From sequence record PZ168289.1: a stretch of 39,017 bases of DNA. One strand, 5' to 3'. This document shows, one piece after another, positions 36,816 through 39,017 of the stretch. How positions within the stretch are numbered: the stretch's first letter is position 1; every line of letters starts with the position of its first letter. Position numbers and translations under genes: made by a program. Source of the stretch: a phage. The notes under the pieces were generated by a model. It ran no database searches. It had not been told where the DNA came from and saw nothing but the letters and a program-made list of their open reading frames with translations.

Positions 36816-38379
36816 CTTGAGCCATGTCCTCACCAGCTCCCTGACCTACAGCAGCGCCCATGTTAGCACCAGCAGCAGACGCACCGTTGACCACAGCTCC
36901 TTGAGTGGATTGTTCAGCCATACGTTGCAGCTTCTCGTCCTGAGTCAGCAGTAGACCAGCGGTGTCAATGCCTAAGGCATTCAGCAGTCGCAGCTTCAGG
37001 GTCGGCAAGTTAATGTCTGGGTCCTGTTGCAGAGGCTGTAGCCCGGTCATCATGTTGACTGCCTGAGTCAACTTCTCTAAGTCTTGACCACGACCTAACG
37101 CTTCCAGACCAGTGGAGACCGTAGGCTCTACCGCTTCTTTCGGAAGGTCAGGAATCATGCCAGCAGACTGAAGTTGGTTCATCAGCACACGGACGATAGG
37201 TAACTGAAGCTCTTGTGACTGTACTGAGTACACGCCACCTAAGGTCGCCTCCAGTTCGCCAGCAACATAACGAATCTCTTCAGCAGTGACTCGCTCGGCA
37301 TTACGCTGAACAGCACTATTAAGAAGGAAGGCCCAGCCTAAACGTTGCTCGATAGCATCAGCCACCGACTTGGCAATCGTAAAGTCCTGACCTTTCGTCA
37401 GTTGAAGGAAGTTGATGTCCTCAACGCGACCAGCCACGAACTCACCTGTAGCCGCCTTGTTCAGACGACGAGGTTGCGTGATACCGTTCGGGTTAACGAG
37501 GCCCACCACCTTGGAGGCTACCTTAGCCATTTTGGTGATAGCTTCTGTAATCGTCTCCAGCGAGTTCAGGTCTCCCAGATACTCCTCGCAGTAAGAACGA
37601 CCATAGTCTTCACCATCCAGTCGAACCATTCGCACCGGGATGTACGGACAGGCAGTCAGTGGGTAAGAACCCTCGGTCCCTGCTACCTCAATTCCTTCCA
37701 CTTCCTCGTATCGCAGATACTCGTCGTCCTGACGGTAGATGTGCGTATATACTTCCAGCTCGGTGTCAGGCTCATAGTCGTCTGCGTTGAGTTGTGACTT
37801 CACGTCTTCCGGTAGAGCACTAAACGCTACCTTGTCGAGAGTCACAATCTGCAAGATATTACCGAAAGCATCACGTTGAACAACGTAGGACACTAAGCGG
37901 TACATTCGCATAGGACTGTAAGTACCCTGTTCAGGCTCTGGAATGTATAGCAGACAGTTACCGGAGACGATAAGCTGCTTCAGAGCTTCGAACAATGGCA
38001 CGCGGAAACTGTTAGTCTCCATGTAGGCCATCAACACACGCTCGACCATAGCAAGCCCTTCGTCAACACGAGCAGCAGCCTCTGAGTCCTGACTCAAGGT
38101 CTTGGCCTCATATTCGGAGACTGTCAGTCGCATCCACGGTGACTGAGGGAATAACGCCAACATCAGCTTTGCAGCCAAGTTGTTCAAACAGCGAGCACCT
38201 ACAGCTTGCCACGGCGTCACGTATTCCGTAGAGGAGTTGTCTGACTCCTTGGGAAATAGCGAGGGGATGGTCACGGCAGCGCAGTTCTGTGCGCGGGTCT
38301 CGTAAGGCTGTCGTCCGTTCTTCAATCTATCATAAACTGACTTCGCGCCTTCAGCAGCAAATCCTTCACGTTCAGCCAT
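36811..38379 (-). CDS. portal (head-to-tail connector) protein (T7 gp8-like)
   Basis: Collinear with T7 gp8 (GAKSVY.RLKN.R.PYETRAQNCA, IPSLFPK.SDN.ST.Y.TPWQAVGAR.LNNLA.KLMLALFP, RLDGE.YGRSY.EEYLGDL, RVTAEEIRYVA.ELE.TLGGVYS). Confidence 0.97.
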   Translation of the reverse strand: MAEREGFAAEGAKSVYDRLKNGRQPYETRAQNCAAVTIPSLFPKESDNSSTEYVTPWQAVGARCLNNLAAKLMLALFPQSPWMRLTVSEYEAKTLSQDSEAAARVDEGLAMVERVLMAYMETNSFRVPLFEALKQLIVSGNCLLYIPEPEQGTYSPMRMYRLVSYVVQRDAFGNILQIVTLDKVAFSALPEDVKSQLNADDYEPDTELEVYTHIYRQDDEYLRYEEVEGIEVAGTEGSYPLTACPYIPVRMVRLDGEDYGRSYCEEYLGDLNSLETITEAITKMAKVASKVVGLVNPNGITQPRRLNKAATGEFVAGRVEDINFLQLTKGQDFTIAKSVADAIEQRLGWAFLLNSAVQRNAERVTAEEIRYVAGELEATLGGVYSVQSQELQLPIVRVLMNQLQSAGMIPDLPKEAVEPTVSTGLEALGRGQDLEKLTQAVNMMTGLQPLQQDPDINLPTLKLRLLNALGIDTAGLLLTQDEKLQRMAEQSTQGAVVNGASAAGANMGAAVGQGAGEDMAQA

Positions 38380-38782
38380 CTACGTGCCTCCATGTTTTAC
38401 CTGTTAATACGTCAGACAGCGTTCTCCTAGCTACTCCCGGATATGCAGAGGTAAGCTCTGTCGCTGTTAGCCCTGACTTTCGTATGGACTTAACATCTTC
38501 GGCTGTTAGCTTTGAGTTGTAATGGCTGTCACTATGTGGAGCGTTCTTTCTACCTTTGGAAACACAGTCTACCATGTTATCGCTATAAGTACCAACGCTC
38601 AGGTGTTCGGGATTGACGCATAGTCTATTGTCGCAGGCATGCATCACCACTAGACCTTCTGGTATGGGACCTTTGTGTTTTAGGTAGGACACTACATGCG
38701 CTCCACGCAGCTTGCCTGCATACCACTTCAGGCCATATCCAACATTATTTACGCAGCCCTTATGCAGTATGCAGTCTGTCAT
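38372..38782 (-). CDS. HNH homing endonuclease (copy 3 of 3)
   Basis: HNH motif (GCVNN.GYG, HACDNRLCVNPEHL) plus HTH-like tail; start overlaps gp7.3 stop, 3' end overlaps portal start by 8 nt. Confidence 0.85.
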   Translation of the reverse strand: MTDCILHKGCVNNVGYGLKWYAGKLRGAHVVSYLKHKGPIPEGLVVMHACDNRLCVNPEHLSVGTYSDNMVDCVSKGRKNAPHSDSHYNSKLTAEDVKSIRKSGLTATELTSAYPGVARRTLSDVLTGKTWRHVDG

Positions 38783-39017
38783 ATAGAAATACCGCCACCA
38801 GAGGTACGAGAGACCTGAAGGCTACGCTTACCGGAACGCTTCACTTTCTTATCGTCAGATGCGGTCGCTTCGGTATCCACATCTTCCACTTTGTCGTTCG
38901 GTACTTCCACTGGTGCTGCTGGGGTCTGAGCCTCAACAACCTTAGGTGCCTCGTCCTTACCGAGACCAACTGTCCCCAGCGCATTATTCACCACCTTCTT
39001 GAAGGCTTTACTGATTG
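38779..39017 (-). CDS. gp7.3-like tail protein, 5'-truncated at window end
   Basis: C-terminus KRSGKRSLQVSRTSGGGISI matches the T7 gp7.3 C-terminus (...KKSLSVARSSGGGINI); reading frame is open to position 39017, track M is a GTG. Confidence 0.8.
   Translation of the reverse strand, partial: ISKAFKKVVNNALGTVGLGKDEAPKVVEAQTPAAPVEVPNDKVEDVDTEATASDDKKVKRSGKRSLQVSRTSGGGISI

Noticed and set aside
37345-37797. 150-aa plus-strand ORF (and similar ones at 30187-30708, 36299-36700, 1215-1949)
   Set aside because: All are antisense to well-supported minus-strand genes (portal, gp14, scaffold, exonuclease); no independent support. T7-like genomes are transcribed from one strand.

Overview
The window is a near-complete genome (~39 kb) of a strictly lytic T7-like podophage (Autographiviridae/Studiervirinae-type layout). 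Every convincing gene is on the minus strand, so the phage map reads from high to low coordinates. The window is circularly permuted relative to the physical genome: it opens inside the gene 7 / gene 7.3 region, and the genome-end region (no ORFs, short repeats, a 13-bp tandem array) sits internally at ~17.45-18.09 kb. Order on the minus strand: early region 17.4->15.1 kb (putative sigma70 promoters, Ocr-like DNA mimic, a chain of micro-ORFs, no gp0.7 kinase); single-subunit RNA polymerase; class II genes (gp1.1, gp1.2, ligase, truncated gp1.7, gp2, SSB, endonuclease I, lysozyme, primase-helicase, DNA polymerase, gp5.5, gp5.7, exonuclease, gp6.5/6.7); then, wrapping to the window end, gp7.3, portal, scaffold, capsid 10A/10B, tail tubular A/B, internal virion proteins gp13-16, tailspike, holin, small terminase, Rz/Rz1, large terminase, gp19.5. 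I found 11 copies of a phage-RNAP promoter with its own consensus (minus strand 5'-CTAAACTATCACTATAGG-3'), a T-phi-like and a TE-like terminator, and a conserved -1 frameshift site in the capsid gene. Departures from the T7 plan worth following up: a 156-aa orphan ORF between endonuclease I and lysozyme; an Ocr homolog with a ~60-aa C-terminal extension; an ASCH/DUF3850-like ORF between the tail tubular genes; three paralogous HNH endonuclease genes wedged between essential genes; a family of covarying RNA hairpins at RNase III-site positions; and a phage promoter directly upstream of the RNAP gene. Protein similarities are from memory of T7 sequences, not from a search. Coordinates I derived by hand may be off by 1-2 nt; track ORF starts are often upstream alternative (GTG/TTG) starts and I adjusted them only where an ATG with a Shine-Dalgarno and T7 homology agreed.
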